DNA of 62,152 nt, the filler included. It is 4 parts of 4 records of this genome, joined end to end, with 100 filler letters (N's around TTAATTAATTAA, not from the genome) between each part and the next. Parts side by side here need not be neighbours in the genome. Positions count along the whole stretch, not along the records: positions 1 to 27,238 come from SRR31156797_19615; 3 more parts are not named here. One strand, 5' to 3'. Under the pieces are notes generated by a model. It was not told where the DNA came from. It did no database searches and saw only the letters and a program-made list of their open reading frames with translations. This document shows, one piece after another, positions 1 to 9,785 of the stretch (its first letter is position 1; every line of letters starts with the position of its first letter). Both the position numbers and the translations under genes were made by a program.

Positions 1-12
1 CAACAGACCCTA
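1..12. repeat. Probable right terminus of a small Vibrio-type repeated element (CAACAGACCCTA)
   Basis: Exact reverse complement of TAGGGTCTGTTG at 2644-2655; the rest of the element would lie outside the window. Confidence 0.45.
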
Positions 13-26
13 ATAAGCTTGGAAGG

Positions 27-53
27 AAAAAGCCCCCGTACCTAACGAGGGGC
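27..53 (-). terminator. Intrinsic terminator downstream of ygiD
   Basis: GCCCCCGT/ACG(A)GGGGC stem with an A-run on + (T-run on -). Confidence 0.55.
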
Positions 54-151
54 AAATTTAACAGAATCAAGACTAAAAAGGTTTCAGATTAATTCTATTG
101 ATTTGATAGACAAAACCTATATTGAAGTGAGTATGAAGCAAAACAACATCT

Positions 152-955
152 TTAGGCTGGAATACCAAATCCATACGCATCTAAGGCCAAAATTTCCAAA
201 TCAATGGCACGATGCAATACCTCACCGATTTCATCTTCATAACTTGTCCCCAAAATACAAGGAAGAGGTAAGTAATGATCAGGCGTTGGATGATTGAAGC
301 GCGCATGTGGCCCTTTATTCAAGTAATCCAATAGATGATCAACACGTCCCGTAGCAAGTTCTTCACTCACCCATTGCGTGAACTGGTTCACCTTCTCGAC
401 TCGTTGTGGATCACGCATAGGTGCGAAAATCTCACGTAAATTATGACTAATACCGCCCGAACCAACAAACATCACACCTTCTTCACGCAAAGGACGTAAC
501 CAGCGACCAATTTCAAAATGAAACACCGCATCCATCGCTGAATTTATCGAGACTTGAATAATCGGGATATTTTTATCCGGATACATATAGAGCATCGGAA
601 TCCAGGCACCATGATCTAAACCCTGAGTCGGATCTAACTGAGCAGGAATCCCCGCATCTTTCAGAAGACTCCCCGCTTTTTGCGCAAGTTCTGGTGCACC
701 ACTCGCTGAATAATTCACATCATATAGAGGCTGAGGAAATCCATAAAAATCATGGATTGTTGCTAATGTGTGACCGCTGGTGATTGTCACGGGGCCACGA
801 CGATCGTAATGTGCAGAGAAAATAACGATCGCTTTCGGTTGTGGTAGATCCTTACCCAGTTGGTTAAAAAACTGTGTGGTTTCAGATTGTTCTAGTGCCA
901 TCATTGGAGATCCATGAGATAGAAATAATGATGGTGTACGTTGAATCGATTTCAT
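152..955 (-). CDS. ygiD: Class III extradiol ring-cleavage dioxygenase (DODA/LigB family)
   Basis: Motifs LFLSHGSP, SAH, TIHDFYGFP, GLDHGAW, GSGGISHNL, HPTPDHYLPL. Confidence 0.9.
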   Translation of the reverse strand: MKSIQRTPSLFLSHGSPMMALEQSETTQFFNQLGKDLPQPKAIVIFSAHYDRRGPVTITSGHTLATIHDFYGFPQPLYDVNYSASGAPELAQKAGSLLKDAGIPAQLDPTQGLDHGAWIPMLYMYPDKNIPIIQVSINSAMDAVFHFEIGRWLRPLREEGVMFVGSGGISHNLREIFAPMRDPQRVEKVNQFTQWVSEELATGRVDHLLDYLNKGPHARFNHPTPDHYLPLPCILGTSYEDEIGEVLHRAIDLEILALDAYGFGIPA

Positions 956-1092
956 AATATGTTTCTCCTAATCTGGCATTGACCAGTTCCAATGAGAGTG
1001 GAATTCTTTCTGACATAGGCATACTATACCGATCAACCAGAGCTGGATAAAATAGCTCTTTATTGCTTAATTATAAACATGGTGTTGTTAAT

Positions 1093-1992
1093 ATGGATAA
1101 GATCTTGGCGATGCGCGCTTTTACAACCGTAGTATCAGAAGGTAATTTTGTTAAAGCGGCCAATAAGCTAGATCTCTCTCCACAGCTCGTTAGCAAATAT
1201 GTCGCCCAGTTAGAAGAGTCGTTAAAAATCCGCCTACTCAATCGTACCACCCGTCGAGTACATCTAACCGAAGCCGGACAAACCTATTTCGATCGTTGCC
1301 ATCAAGTATTGCTTGATATTGATGATATGGAAAACACATTAACCAATTTACAGTCTCAGGTATCGGGAACCTTACGTGTCAGCGCGCCAATGTCTTTTGG
1401 TGTTTACCATTTATCTGCACCCATTGCCGAGTTTCAAAGACAGTATCCAGAAGTCAGAGTTGAGCTGTTTCTCACTGACCGAAAAGTCGATTTGCTTGAA
1501 GAAGGGGTCGATATTGCTTTGAGAATTGGTCATCTAAAAGATTCAGCTTTGGTTGCCAAAAAGATAGCACCGATTAACTTATCGGTTAGCGCATCACCCA
1601 ACTTTTGGCAACGACACGGTAAACCAGATAATTTTGAAGCTTTATGTGAGCTCAACTACTTACGTTTTGCCTATTCCGATCCTAAGAATCTGTTTACCGA
1701 CTGGCCAAAGCATCTGATGAATCACGATCTTAAGAGTGATTTTTCGAGCAATAACGGGGATGTGATTGTTAAATCTGCAATTCTTGACCGCGGCTACGCC
1801 ATTCAGCCAACCTTCTTAACGGGTGCTGATATCGCAAAAGGCAACTTGGAAGTCGCCGAAGCTTTCTCTGTACAAGCTCTCGGGCTATATGCGTTATACA
1901 GCCATAGAGAATATTTGGCGTCTAAAGTTCGCCACTTTATTGATTTTCTCGCTCAATACTATGGCGATGTTCCTTATTGGGATAATTATTAA
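1093..1992 (+). CDS. LysR-family regulator (CrgA/DmlR-like), divergent from ygiD
   Basis: N-terminal HTH (AANKLDLSPQLVSKYVAQLE..LLNRTTRRVHLTEAG) plus LysR substrate domain; start taken as ATG 1093. Confidence 0.9.
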   Translation: MDKILAMRAFTTVVSEGNFVKAANKLDLSPQLVSKYVAQLEESLKIRLLNRTTRRVHLTEAGQTYFDRCHQVLLDIDDMENTLTNLQSQVSGTLRVSAPMSFGVYHLSAPIAEFQRQYPEVRVELFLTDRKVDLLEEGVDIALRIGHLKDSALVAKKIAPINLSVSASPNFWQRHGKPDNFEALCELNYLRFAYSDPKNLFTDWPKHLMNHDLKSDFSSNNGDVIVKSAILDRGYAIQPTFLTGADIAKGNLEVAEAFSVQALGLYALYSHREYLASKVRHFIDFLAQYYGDVPYWDNY

Positions 1993-2027
1993 ACCCGATT
2001 CGAACAATAAAGAGTAGCTCATCAAAG

Positions 2028-2309
2028 CTACTCTTCTGGGTTCATCATCAACGCCTTGCCATTCAGCAAGCTGTCGGCCACTTTTTTTCGCGCGGCTTTC
2101 ACTAGATTGGCTAAGGTTTGTCTCGATACCCCCATTTCAAACGCTGCGTGTTGTTGCTGCATACCTTGATAATCCACCAATCGAATGGCTTCAAATTCAT
2201 CCGCTTGCAGATAGACCCTATCCAGCTCTGACATAGGAATGCCATTAGGCTTGAAGCAGCTTTGCGCTGGTGAACCACAAATTTGGCGAGGGATTTTAGG
2301 GCGAGCCAT
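2028..2309 (-). CDS. DUF134-family predicted DNA-binding protein
   Basis: MARPK..R, FKPNGIP, DEFEAIRLVD, MGVSRQT, ARKKVA signature. Confidence 0.85.
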   Translation of the reverse strand: MARPKIPRQICGSPAQSCFKPNGIPMSELDRVYLQADEFEAIRLVDYQGMQQQHAAFEMGVSRQTLANLVKAARKKVADSLLNGKALMMNPEE

Positions 2310-2643
2310 AGCTTTCCTTGTTACTTTGCATCTTTTAAATTATCAATAACCTAAAGTATCACAATATTTCATACCAGACTGCAAATGCCGTGATCCTTTT
2401 CTTAGTGAGCATGACGACAACCCGCACAGGTCATGACCAATAAAAACCTCAACTTAGGGAAGATTTCCTTCCGTGATGCGGTCTATATCTATTCGAAACA
2501 ATTTTAGGTAGGACATTTATCATGGTTCACACCTATAATTGGTTACAGTATAAGTAATTTAATGCGCTGAATTCATTATTAAATATGCTGGATACAGGGC
2601 GTTTAGGTTTGCATAAATGAGGGATTGAGTCGCTAACACCCTT

Positions 2644-2661
2644 TAGGGTCTGTTGACCCTA
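2644..2661. repeat. 18-bp palindrome TAGGGTC-TGTT-GACCCTA, possible collapsed element footprint
   Basis: Perfect 7-bp arms; first 12 nt are the reverse complement of window positions 1-12. Confidence 0.5.
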
Positions 2662-2696
2662 GTCACTTTTTATTTTTGGATAGACACGGATAATTT

Positions 2697-3842
2697 ATGA
2701 AAAAGCTAATAAGCACTTTAGGCCTATTAACCTCTGTAATAACGACTTCGGTATTCGCAACCACCTGGCAAGAAGTTGAACAACAAGCGAATGGTGAAAC
2801 CGTCTATTTTCATGCTTGGGGTGGCAGCCAAGAGATCAACCGTTACATCCAGTGGGCTGGTCAACAACTTCAAGCTCGCTATAACGTCACACTTAAGCAC
2901 GTCAAAGTCTCTGATATTTCAGAAACCACTACGCGTTTAATCGCCGAAAAAGCCGCCAACAAAAACAGCGGTGGCAGCGTCGATATGGTTTGGATTAATG
3001 GTGAAAACTTCAAGTCAATGAAAGACAACAACTTGCTGTTTGGCCCCTTTGTTGAAGAGCTTCCAAACTGGCAATATGTCGATAAATCTTTACCGGTAGA
3101 CGTTGATTTTTCGGTACCGACAGAAGGATTAGAAGCACCATGGGGCGTTGGTCAATTGGTCTTTATTCATGACACGCAAACATTAAACAATCCGCCTAAA
3201 TCCTTCATGGAACTACTGAGTTACGCGAAAGCATTTCCTAACCGTTTAAGCTACCCGCGCCCACCCGAGTTCCACGGCACCAGTTTTCTAAAAGCATTAC
3301 TGATTGAGTTAACCGATAACGACCCATCCTTAATGAAACCGGTCAACGATGCGGATTTCCCACTGGTGACTCAACCTCTATGGAACTATTTAGATCAATT
3401 CCACAAAGTCGCCTGGCGTGGCGGTCAGCAGTTCCCATCTGGCACTGCTGAAACCATTCAACTCTTGGATGACGGGCAAATTGATTTAGCGATCACGTTC
3501 AACCCAAATGCGGTTTATTCCGCTCAGGCGAATGGTAACCTCGAAGCCTCAACCACGGTTTACGCAATGGATTCTGGTGCACTGTCTAACATTCACTTTC
3601 TAGCGATTCCGTGGAACGCAAATGCGAGTGCAGGGGCGCAAGTTGCAATCAACTTCTTACTGAGTCCAGAAGCACAATCTCGCAAAGGCGATTTAAACGT
3701 TTGGGGTGACCCTTCGGTATTAAGCAGCAAATACCTAACGGGTAGTGCGAAGAATACCAAACAATTCAAATCGATAGCCGAGCCGCACCCAAGCTGGCAA
3801 GCCGCTCTTGAACAAGAGTGGTTGAAACGTTACGGAAACTAA
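2697..3842 (+). CDS. ynjB: ABC transporter substrate-binding protein, YnjB family
   Basis: Signal peptide; VYFHAWGGS, DMVWINGENF, YPRPPEFHG, HFLAIPWNA; first gene of the ynj operon. Confidence 0.85.
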   Translation: MKKLISTLGLLTSVITTSVFATTWQEVEQQANGETVYFHAWGGSQEINRYIQWAGQQLQARYNVTLKHVKVSDISETTTRLIAEKAANKNSGGSVDMVWINGENFKSMKDNNLLFGPFVEELPNWQYVDKSLPVDVDFSVPTEGLEAPWGVGQLVFIHDTQTLNNPPKSFMELLSYAKAFPNRLSYPRPPEFHGTSFLKALLIELTDNDPSLMKPVNDADFPLVTQPLWNYLDQFHKVAWRGGQQFPSGTAETIQLLDDGQIDLAITFNPNAVYSAQANGNLEASTTVYAMDSGALSNIHFLAIPWNANASAGAQVAINFLLSPEAQSRKGDLNVWGDPSVLSSKYLTGSAKNTKQFKSIAEPHPSWQAALEQEWLKRYGN

Positions 3843-5552
3843 ATGTTACGCGCGCTCTACCTAGGCATTATTGCCGTTTGTATTTTACCCACTATCCCGG
3901 GGCTTCTCGGGGTAGTGGTTTCGGCATTTGGCTATATTCCACCGATTGGCTTATCGCAGTTTTCTTTGTCGGGATTCACCGCCGTGTTTCACTGGAGTGG
4001 CGTGTGGCAATCAATCTGGTTAACGGTGTACTCCGCGGTTATTAGCAGCTATCTGGCTTGTTTTGTCACATTCGCCATCTTGCAATCGTGTTGGAACCAG
4101 AAATGGTGGCGTAAGATAGAAGTGATTCTATCTCCTCTATTAGCGATGCCGCACGTTGCTTTTGCTATTGGCTTTGCATTTTTGTTTGCTCCGACCGGCA
4201 TGGCGGCGCGAGTTCTGTATGAAACATTTGGCTATGATGCTAACGCTCAAACCGTTGACGACTTAGCTCTGTTGGTCAAAGACCCGTACGGGTTAGGTTT
4301 GATTGTTATGCTAGCGATGAAAGAAGTTCCCTTTCTGCTGCTAATGAGCATCCCTATTTTACAGCAGCTCAAAGTAAATCAAGTGGAAAAGGTCAGCCAC
4401 TCATTAGGCTATAGCTCAAGCCAGGTTTGGTGGAAAGCAATTTTCCCACAATGGTTGGCTAAACTTCGTTTTCCTATACTCGCGGTGATAGCTTACAGCT
4501 TATCCGTGGTTGATATTGCGCTCATTATTGGCCCAACCAATCCACCCACTTTTGCTGTACTCGTTTGGCAGTGGTTTAACGACCCAAACTTGACCCAACT
4601 TCCACGAGCGGCTGCTGGTGCTGTTGTTCTGTTTTTACTTGCGAGCTTATTGATTGGCTTTGTACGAACTACTGAATGGGTCGTAACTCAAGGTTATAAA
4701 CATTGGCAATATTCAGGTCGCTCAGGTATATCACTTCCCGGTAAAAGTCTGTTTTCAGCGATAACGTTACTGGCAATCATCATGCTGCCTTTAATGGTGC
4801 TTTGGAGTTTTGCTCAACGCTGGCGTTTTCCCGACCTTGTACCCTCACGTTTCAGTATGCGTTTCTGGGAGTACGAGTGGTTTAGCATTATTAACACGTT
4901 AAACCAAAGTGTCAGCATCGCTTTAATTTGTGCCACCATAGCCTTAGTGCTTGCCCTTATCGCCCACGAGTATCGACTGAGATACCGAATTCAGGTGCCG
5001 GGCTACATCATCGCAATTCCGATGCTGATCCCTCAACTTTCACTGCTGTTTGGCGTGCAAATTGCCACTTTGTACATTAACGGCAACGCTTATCTATTTT
5101 GGGTCTGCTGGGCGCATGTGTTTTTTGCTTTCCCGTATGTCTATCTATCATTGGATGGGCCATGGCGAAGCTTCGATAACGGTTTGACCCGAGTGGCGTT
5201 AAGCTTAGGAAAATCTCCGTTGCAAGTTTGGTTGAAGATCAAACTGCCGATTCTGCTTCCTGCGGTGGCATTCGCATGGGCGATAGGTATTAGCGTGAGT
5301 TTGGCTCAATACCTGCCAACACTTATTCTTGGCGCGGGCAGAGTGACGACCATCACCACCGAAGCAGTGGCACTTTCCAGTGGCCATGACCGCCGTATCA
5401 CTGCTATTTATGCGATTTGCCAGGCACTGTTACCATTACTGTTTTTCTCAATCGCGATACTACTGAGCCGTACTCACGGCAAGTATCGTCGACTGTCTAT
5501 CAAAGGATTACTGACTCATGAGTCTTTGTCTCGAAAACCTCGCCATCCGTAA
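3843..5552 (+). CDS. ynjC: ABC transporter permease with duplicated TM domains, YnjC family
   Basis: Hydrophobic 569 aa; PHVAFAIG, GPTNPPT, two EAA-like loops; abuts ynjB. Confidence 0.85.
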   Translation: MLRALYLGIIAVCILPTIPGLLGVVVSAFGYIPPIGLSQFSLSGFTAVFHWSGVWQSIWLTVYSAVISSYLACFVTFAILQSCWNQKWWRKIEVILSPLLAMPHVAFAIGFAFLFAPTGMAARVLYETFGYDANAQTVDDLALLVKDPYGLGLIVMLAMKEVPFLLLMSIPILQQLKVNQVEKVSHSLGYSSSQVWWKAIFPQWLAKLRFPILAVIAYSLSVVDIALIIGPTNPPTFAVLVWQWFNDPNLTQLPRAAAGAVVLFLLASLLIGFVRTTEWVVTQGYKHWQYSGRSGISLPGKSLFSAITLLAIIMLPLMVLWSFAQRWRFPDLVPSRFSMRFWEYEWFSIINTLNQSVSIALICATIALVLALIAHEYRLRYRIQVPGYIIAIPMLIPQLSLLFGVQIATLYINGNAYLFWVCWAHVFFAFPYVYLSLDGPWRSFDNGLTRVALSLGKSPLQVWLKIKLPILLPAVAFAWAIGISVSLAQYLPTLILGAGRVTTITTEAVALSSGHDRRITAIYAICQALLPLLFFSIAILLSRTHGKYRRLSIKGLLTHESLSRKPRHP

Positions 5553-6165
5553 AAAAGAGGGTGACGCGCTATTCACCCATTTCAATCTGACTGTTGAAAA
5601 GGGTGAGATTGTGACGCTCATGGGACCCAGTGGCTGTGGAAAATCCACTCTGCTCGACGCGATAGCTGGGCACTTGTCTAAAGAGTTCAGCTATACAGGT
5701 GCTATCACTCTTGAACAGGAGAAACTGAATGACCAACCCGCACACCTGCGTCACGTTGGCATTCTATTTCAGGATGATTTGCTTTTTCCACACCTTACCA
5801 TCTGGGAAAACTTGGCATTTGCACTGCCGGATTCGGTCAAAGGTGCTGAGCGTAAAGTACAGGCAATGGACGCACTAAAACATATCTCACTGAGTAACTT
5901 AGCTGACTCCTTTCCTGACCAAATTTCAGGAGGACAACGGGCGCGTATTGCCTTAACTCGCATGCTGCTGGCTAAACCTAAAGTGGCTTTATTAGACGAA
6001 CCCTACAGCAAACTGGATAAAGACCTTAGATCGCAGTTCCGTAGCCATGTTATCGAACAGTTGAAGGCTGCAAACATCCCCGCACTGATGGTCACCCATG
6101 ATGAAGAGGATATTCCTCCACACAGCCGTTGTATCACTTGGCCGTGGGGAGTTAAACATGCTTGA
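5518..6165 (+). CDS. ynjD: ABC transporter ATP-binding protein
   Basis: Walker A GPSGCGKS, signature ISGGQ, Walker B LLDEP, H-loop VTHD. Confidence 0.9.
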   Translation: MSLCLENLAIRKKEGDALFTHFNLTVEKGEIVTLMGPSGCGKSTLLDAIAGHLSKEFSYTGAITLEQEKLNDQPAHLRHVGILFQDDLLFPHLTIWENLAFALPDSVKGAERKVQAMDALKHISLSNLADSFPDQISGGQRARIALTRMLLAKPKVALLDEPYSKLDKDLRSQFRSHVIEQLKAANIPALMVTHDEEDIPPHSRCITWPWGVKHA

Positions 6166-6772
6166 TAGGTTTAGTGTTAAAGCAATTCGTTGGCCTTTGA
6201 GCCAATCGGCTAAGTGGCTAAATCGCGCAGGCGTAACTGCCAATCAAACGACCTTGTTCGGTTTTGTTATTGGCTGTATGGCGTTCCCGGCTCTGATTTG
6301 GGAACAATACTATTTAGCTTTGATTTTGATTGCACTCAACCGGATATGTGACGGCTTGGATGGGGCATTAGCCCGCATTCAGGGCATTACCGATGCAGGC
6401 GGATTTCTCGACATCAGTTTGGACTTTCTGTTCTACTCATTGATACCGTTCGGCTTCATCCTCGCCAATCCGGAACAAAATGCGGTTGCGGGTGCTTTTG
6501 TCATTTTTTCTTTTGTCGGTACAGGTTCGAGCTTTCTAGCCTTTGCTATCATGGCCAGCAAGCGCGGAATAGATAACCCAGTCTATAAAAGTAAATCTCT
6601 TTACTACATGAGTGGGCTTACCGAAGGTACAGAAACCATTCTATGTTTTGTTGCATTCTGCCTGTTGCCGCAACACTTTGCGCTTATCGCCTATATTTTT
6701 GGTGCAGCATGCTGGTTCACCACCTTTACCCGCATCTATTCCGGGTTTTATACGCTACGCGACGCCGACTAG
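6158..6772 (+). CDS. ynjF: CDP-alcohol phosphatidyltransferase family protein
   Basis: DGLDGALAR..G..D..GGFLD motif, GLTEGTET; ATG 6158 follows GGGAG and overlaps the end of ynjD. Confidence 0.85.
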   Translation: MLDRFSVKAIRWPLSQSAKWLNRAGVTANQTTLFGFVIGCMAFPALIWEQYYLALILIALNRICDGLDGALARIQGITDAGGFLDISLDFLFYSLIPFGFILANPEQNAVAGAFVIFSFVGTGSSFLAFAIMASKRGIDNPVYKSKSLYYMSGLTEGTETILCFVAFCLLPQHFALIAYIFGAACWFTTFTRIYSGFYTLRDAD

Positions 6773-7677
6773 CAGACGCTATACAGATTTGTAGAGCCGG
6801 CTATGCTCTCGCTACCTGTGACTAACCAATTCTGTAACGCCTCCAACATTGGGTTGTCACTCTGCTTTGGATAAAGGAAGTAATAGCTTTGCCCAGATAA
6901 AACCGTCTCGTTAAACGGTTTAACTAAACGGTTCATCGACAAGTCTTGCTCTGCGAGAGTGATGTCCCCCACCGCGATACCAAAGCCTTGCTGTGCCGCA
7001 TTCATCGTTTGATCGAGTGTCGAAAAGTGCTGATTACTTTTGCTAAATAAATCCTTCTTTCCAACATGATTCAACCACAATTTCCAGTCACTTTGCTCAC
7101 TGTTCGCGTGTAGCCAGGTCAAACGTGTCAACGGTTCAACCTCTTCCAGCGGACCAAATGGGTCAAGCAGTTCCGGACGGCATAAAGGTGTTAAACACTC
7201 TTCAAACAACTGATGGCTCATCACAGAAGGCATTTTGGGCGTTTTGCCATACATGATTACCGCATCAAACAAGTTAAAGTTCGGCTCTGGATGATGTTTG
7301 ATGGTTGAGGTGAGCTCGACATCGATTTCTGGATGAGCATCCTGAAATGCCATCAAGCGAGGCAGTAACCAGGAAGCCACACAACTCGGCGCATTAAGTT
7401 TAATGGTTGAAGGGGTCGATGAAACATCTTCGATCGCAACACGTAATCGATGCAACACATCTTCAGCATGAGGTATGAATTTGAGTCCTTGTGGCGTCAA
7501 AGATAGTCCCCGAGCATGACGGAAGAAAAGTTTCACCCCAAGTAATTCTTCTAGCGCTATGATTTGGCGGCTAATCGCCCCCTGAGTAAGGTTCATCGCC
7601 TGTGCAGCCCGCGTAAAACTTAAGTATTCCGCAGTCGCCAAAAAAACCTGCAAGGTTTTGGTCGAGGGAAGGTTCAT
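6769..7677 (-). CDS. LysR-family regulator (GcvA-like)
   Basis: LSFTRAA..MNLTQGAISRQI HTH, WLLPRL, GIAVGD. Confidence 0.9.
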   Translation of the reverse strand: MNLPSTKTLQVFLATAEYLSFTRAAQAMNLTQGAISRQIIALEELLGVKLFFRHARGLSLTPQGLKFIPHAEDVLHRLRVAIEDVSSTPSTIKLNAPSCVASWLLPRLMAFQDAHPEIDVELTSTIKHHPEPNFNLFDAVIMYGKTPKMPSVMSHQLFEECLTPLCRPELLDPFGPLEEVEPLTRLTWLHANSEQSDWKLWLNHVGKKDLFSKSNQHFSTLDQTMNAAQQGFGIAVGDITLAEQDLSMNRLVKPFNETVLSGQSYYFLYPKQSDNPMLEALQNWLVTGSESIAGSTNLYSVC

Positions 7678-7692
7678 TGCTCACCCTTAGCT

Positions 7693-7707
7693 ATGATTTT
7701 TTATCAT
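7693..7707. promoter_or_regulatory. LysR T-N11-A box (ATGA-N7-TCAT) between the LysR gene and hisC
   Basis: ATGATTTTTTATCAT, 15 nt upstream of the LysR start in a divergent intergenic region. Confidence 0.55.
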
Positions 7708-7860
7708 GGCTAGTATGCGTTTATTTCGATTCTTTTTACAAACAGTTTTTGTTTGAATGGTGATTAAAAGGAACACAATTGCAAATATAAACAATAAAAA
7801 TGCAATTTAACGCATAAAAAGTCACTCAATTCGAGTAACTAGCACTTAAAAGAGGTTGCC

Positions 7861-8958
7861 ATGTCTTCAATAGCGGCATCATTGGCTCCAGAGGCCATAA
7901 AAAAATTAATACCTTATCAATCTGCTCGACGCATTGGCGGCGCTGGTCGAGTTTGGCTCAATGCCAACGAACTAGAGGTTCCTCTGCATTTTGATCATCA
8001 GGAAACCAACTATAACCGCTATCCCGACTTTCTCCCTCACGATGTCGCTGTGGCGTATCAGAAGTATTGCCAAATCAATACGCCTGTTATTGCCGTGCGT
8101 GGCGCAGACGAAGGTATCGATTTACTGATTCGTACATTCTGTCAGCCAGGTAAAGATAAAATTGTGGTGTGCCCTCCAACTTATGCCATGTATGAGTTTT
8201 GCGCTGATGCTTTAGCAATGGAAACCATCAAAGTGCCTTTAGTTGGTGACGATTTCCAACTCGACTGTCAAGGTGTGATTGAGGCGGCAAAACAAGCCAA
8301 CCTGATTTTTTTGTGCTCACCGAATAATCCGACGGGCAATTTGATCCCTCAGTCAGACATTGTTCAAGTTCTGGAAGGAACAAGAAATGACGCTTTAGTT
8401 GTGGTTGATGAGGCCTACATTGAGTTTGAAATTGCACACAATGCGGCAAGCTTAATCGAACAATATCCAAACTTAATTGTTATTCGCACACTGTCAAAAG
8501 CATTCGGCTTAGCGGCAGTTCGCTGTGGCTTTCTCATCGCCGATCAAAGTGTGATGGAGTATGTTGCAAAGCTTATTCCTCCTTATCCAATGCCAGATTC
8601 CAGTGCGAAAATCGTCTTGTCCGCATTATCAGAGCAAGGCTTACAGCAAGTTCAGGAAAATACGGCATCACTGATTAACACTCGTGAATGGTTCATTAGC
8701 CAGCTAAAAACGCTGACTTGTATCACTCACATATACCCATCATCAACCAACTTCGTGTTAGTGCGCACACATTCAGGCTCAGATCTGTTTGCGTATCTTT
8801 TAAAGCACGGTATTGTGACACGCAATCAAGGTCACGAACCCGCGCTGAAAGACTGTGTACGAATCACTATCGGTAGCCAATCGAGCATGGAAGAAGTGAT
8901 TAATGTGCTCCGCAGTTACCCAACGCCATCATTTGAAAAAAAGGACTTATCACTATGA
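7861..8958 (+). CDS. hisC: Histidinol-phosphate aminotransferase paralogue outside the his operon
   Basis: PYQSARR, WLNANE, NRYP, RGADEGI, CSPNNPTG, DEAYIEF, RTLSKAFGLA (PLP lysine). Confidence 0.85.
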   Translation: MSSIAASLAPEAIKKLIPYQSARRIGGAGRVWLNANELEVPLHFDHQETNYNRYPDFLPHDVAVAYQKYCQINTPVIAVRGADEGIDLLIRTFCQPGKDKIVVCPPTYAMYEFCADALAMETIKVPLVGDDFQLDCQGVIEAAKQANLIFLCSPNNPTGNLIPQSDIVQVLEGTRNDALVVVDEAYIEFEIAHNAASLIEQYPNLIVIRTLSKAFGLAAVRCGFLIADQSVMEYVAKLIPPYPMPDSSAKIVLSALSEQGLQQVQENTASLINTREWFISQLKTLTCITHIYPSSTNFVLVRTHSGSDLFAYLLKHGIVTRNQGHEPALKDCVRITIGSQSSMEEVINVLRSYPTPSFEKKDLSL

Positions 8959-9724
8959 AAAATTAGCTTTAGGCTTAGCTTGCTGCGCGGCACTGTTTGG
9001 ATCAGCGGCTTTTGCCAAAGAAGTTCGTCTAGCATCGGATTTCACCTACCCGCCGTTCAACTATAAGAATGCAGAAGGTACACCTGTTGGTTTTGATATT
9101 GAAATTGCCGATGCGCTGTGCAAGCAAGCTCAATTAGAGTGTACTTGGGTAGCACAAAGCTGGGATGCACTTATTCCAAGTCTACTTGCGCGCAAGTCTG
9201 ACGTAATTATGGCTTCAATGCGTATCACCGAAGACCGTAAGAAGAAGATCCTTTTCACTGATAAGTACTATCAAACGCCTGCTCGTTTTGTTGCGGCTAA
9301 AGAGAGTAACTTCACCATGGATGCTCAAGGTCTTAAAGACAAAGTGATTGGTGTGCAACAGGGCACCATTCTCGATAACTATGTCACTGACAAATTTGGT
9401 GGTGTAGCGGATATCAAGCGCTACACGGGTCAAGATGAAGTTTACATCGACATGCAAAATGGTCGTCTAGATGTGACCTTCGGTAATGCGGACCAGTTAG
9501 CGTTAGCTTTCCTTGATAAGCCAGAAGGTAAAAGCTTCGAGTTCAAAGGCAAAGAAGTCACAGATAAAGCCTATATTGGTGAAGGTACGGCACTAGCACT
9601 GCGCAAGCAAGATAAGGCTTTGGCGGAGAAATTCAACCAAGCGATTGAAGCCATACGCGCTAACGGCACTTACGACAAAATCGCAACAAAATACTTCAGC
9701 TTCGATATTTACGGTCAAAAGTAA
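8955..9724 (+). pseudogene. Amino-acid ABC substrate-binding protein (HisJ/ArgT family 3), frameshifted at codon 3 as sequenced
   Basis: YPPFNY, GFDIEIA, WDALIPSL..K.D motifs are intact. The natural start ATG 8955 (AAGGA RBS, ATGA overlap with hisC stop) reads ATG AAA AAT TAG; one extra A gives signal peptide MKKLALGLACC. Confidence 0.7.
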
Positions 9725-9755
9725 TTCTAGAATTTGTTCCTACTGCTGATTTCAA

Positions 9756-9785
9756 TAAGCCGGCTCTCTGCCGGCTTACTTTTTT
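9756..9785 (+). terminator. Intrinsic terminator between convergent genes
   Basis: TAAGCCGGC-tctct-GCCGGCTTA followed by a T-run. Confidence 0.75.
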
